DNA from: an uncultured Verrucomicrobiae bacterium
GTDB lineage: Bacteria > Verrucomicrobiota > Verrucomicrobiia > Limisphaerales > Palsa-1400
DNA: 64,000 nt
NCBI GenBank assembly: GCA_963707025.1
Contig: CAVPOM010000018.1
Span: 224,001-288,000 of the forward strand
Reading direction: 5' to 3'
The notes under the pieces were generated by a model. That model was not told where the DNA came from, made no database searches, and saw only the letters and a list, made by a program, of their open reading frames with translations. The position numbers and the translations under genes were made by a program. This document shows positions 63,641 to 64,000 of this stretch, piece by piece (position 1 is the stretch's first letter; each line of letters starts with the position of its first letter).

Positions 63641-64000
63641 TCAGGTTTCCTTGCTGTGCCTGAGGAAGGCCTGGAGTTGCTCGGGATGGGTGCGCCAGAA
63701 GCGGACGAGCTTGGTGAAAATGTGCAGGGTCTCCGGCTTGAGATGGTGTTCGATGGCCTCCACCTCCTCCTGCACCGTCCCGGGACTCAAGCCGAGAAGA
63801 TCGAGCATGGCGGTGAGGGTTTGATGGCGCACCTTGATGTGGCTGGCCACGGCCCGGCCCCGGGGGGTCAGGGTGAAGCCGCGGTATTTTTCGTAATTGA
63901 CAAAGCCGCGCGCGGCCAGGCGGCGCACCATGTTGGAGACGGCCGATTTGCTCAAGCCCAGCGAATCGGCGATATCGGTCACGCGGGCATAGCCCTTCCG
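63641..64000 (-). CDS. DtxR/MntR-family metal-dependent regulator (5' end outside the window)
   Basis: ARVTDIADSLGLSKSAVSNMVRRL..YEKYRGFTLTPRG..RHQTL..EAIEHH. Confidence 0.9.
   Translation of the reverse strand, partial: RKGYARVTDIADSLGLSKSAVSNMVRRLAARGFVNYEKYRGFTLTPRGRAVASHIKVRHQTLTAMLDLLGLSPGTVQEEVEAIEHHLKPETLHIFTKLVRFWRTHPEQLQAFLRHSKET

Overview
A GC-rich bacterial chromosome segment, most likely Verrucomicrobiota (probably subdivision 3, Pedosphaera-like). This call rests on the 16S sequence (AGAGTTTGATTCTGGCTCAG 27F-site variant), the Ala-before-Ile tRNA spacer and the gene content. The housekeeping backbone comprises pyrG, kdsB, a moxR-DUF58-bat operon, a half-length carB, fabD, GH2 and GH115 glycosidases, a hybrid kinase, bioD, a full rrn operon, tadA, a MacAB-TolC-like exporter, a two-component system, an LptF/G permease and rpsA. 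There is one complete IS4-family element. The most unusual structure is at 7.9-9.8 kb. Two paralogous toxin-antitoxin cassettes sit antisense inside the moxR-DUF58 junction, and each is paired with a diverged copy of the first ~20 codons of the DUF58 gene. The operon strand stays stop-free across the array for 494 codons, an HNH nuclease gene sits at the head, and no integrase is visible. The window also carries many very small repeats: a 30-nt hairpin element nested inside itself (one copy within a CDS), GTAG and GGAG REP-like doublets (one in-frame inside a histidine kinase, two flanking a single-gene cassette) and 6-10-mer tandem arrays at gene junctions. All family assignments come from motif recognition by eye; no database searches were run.
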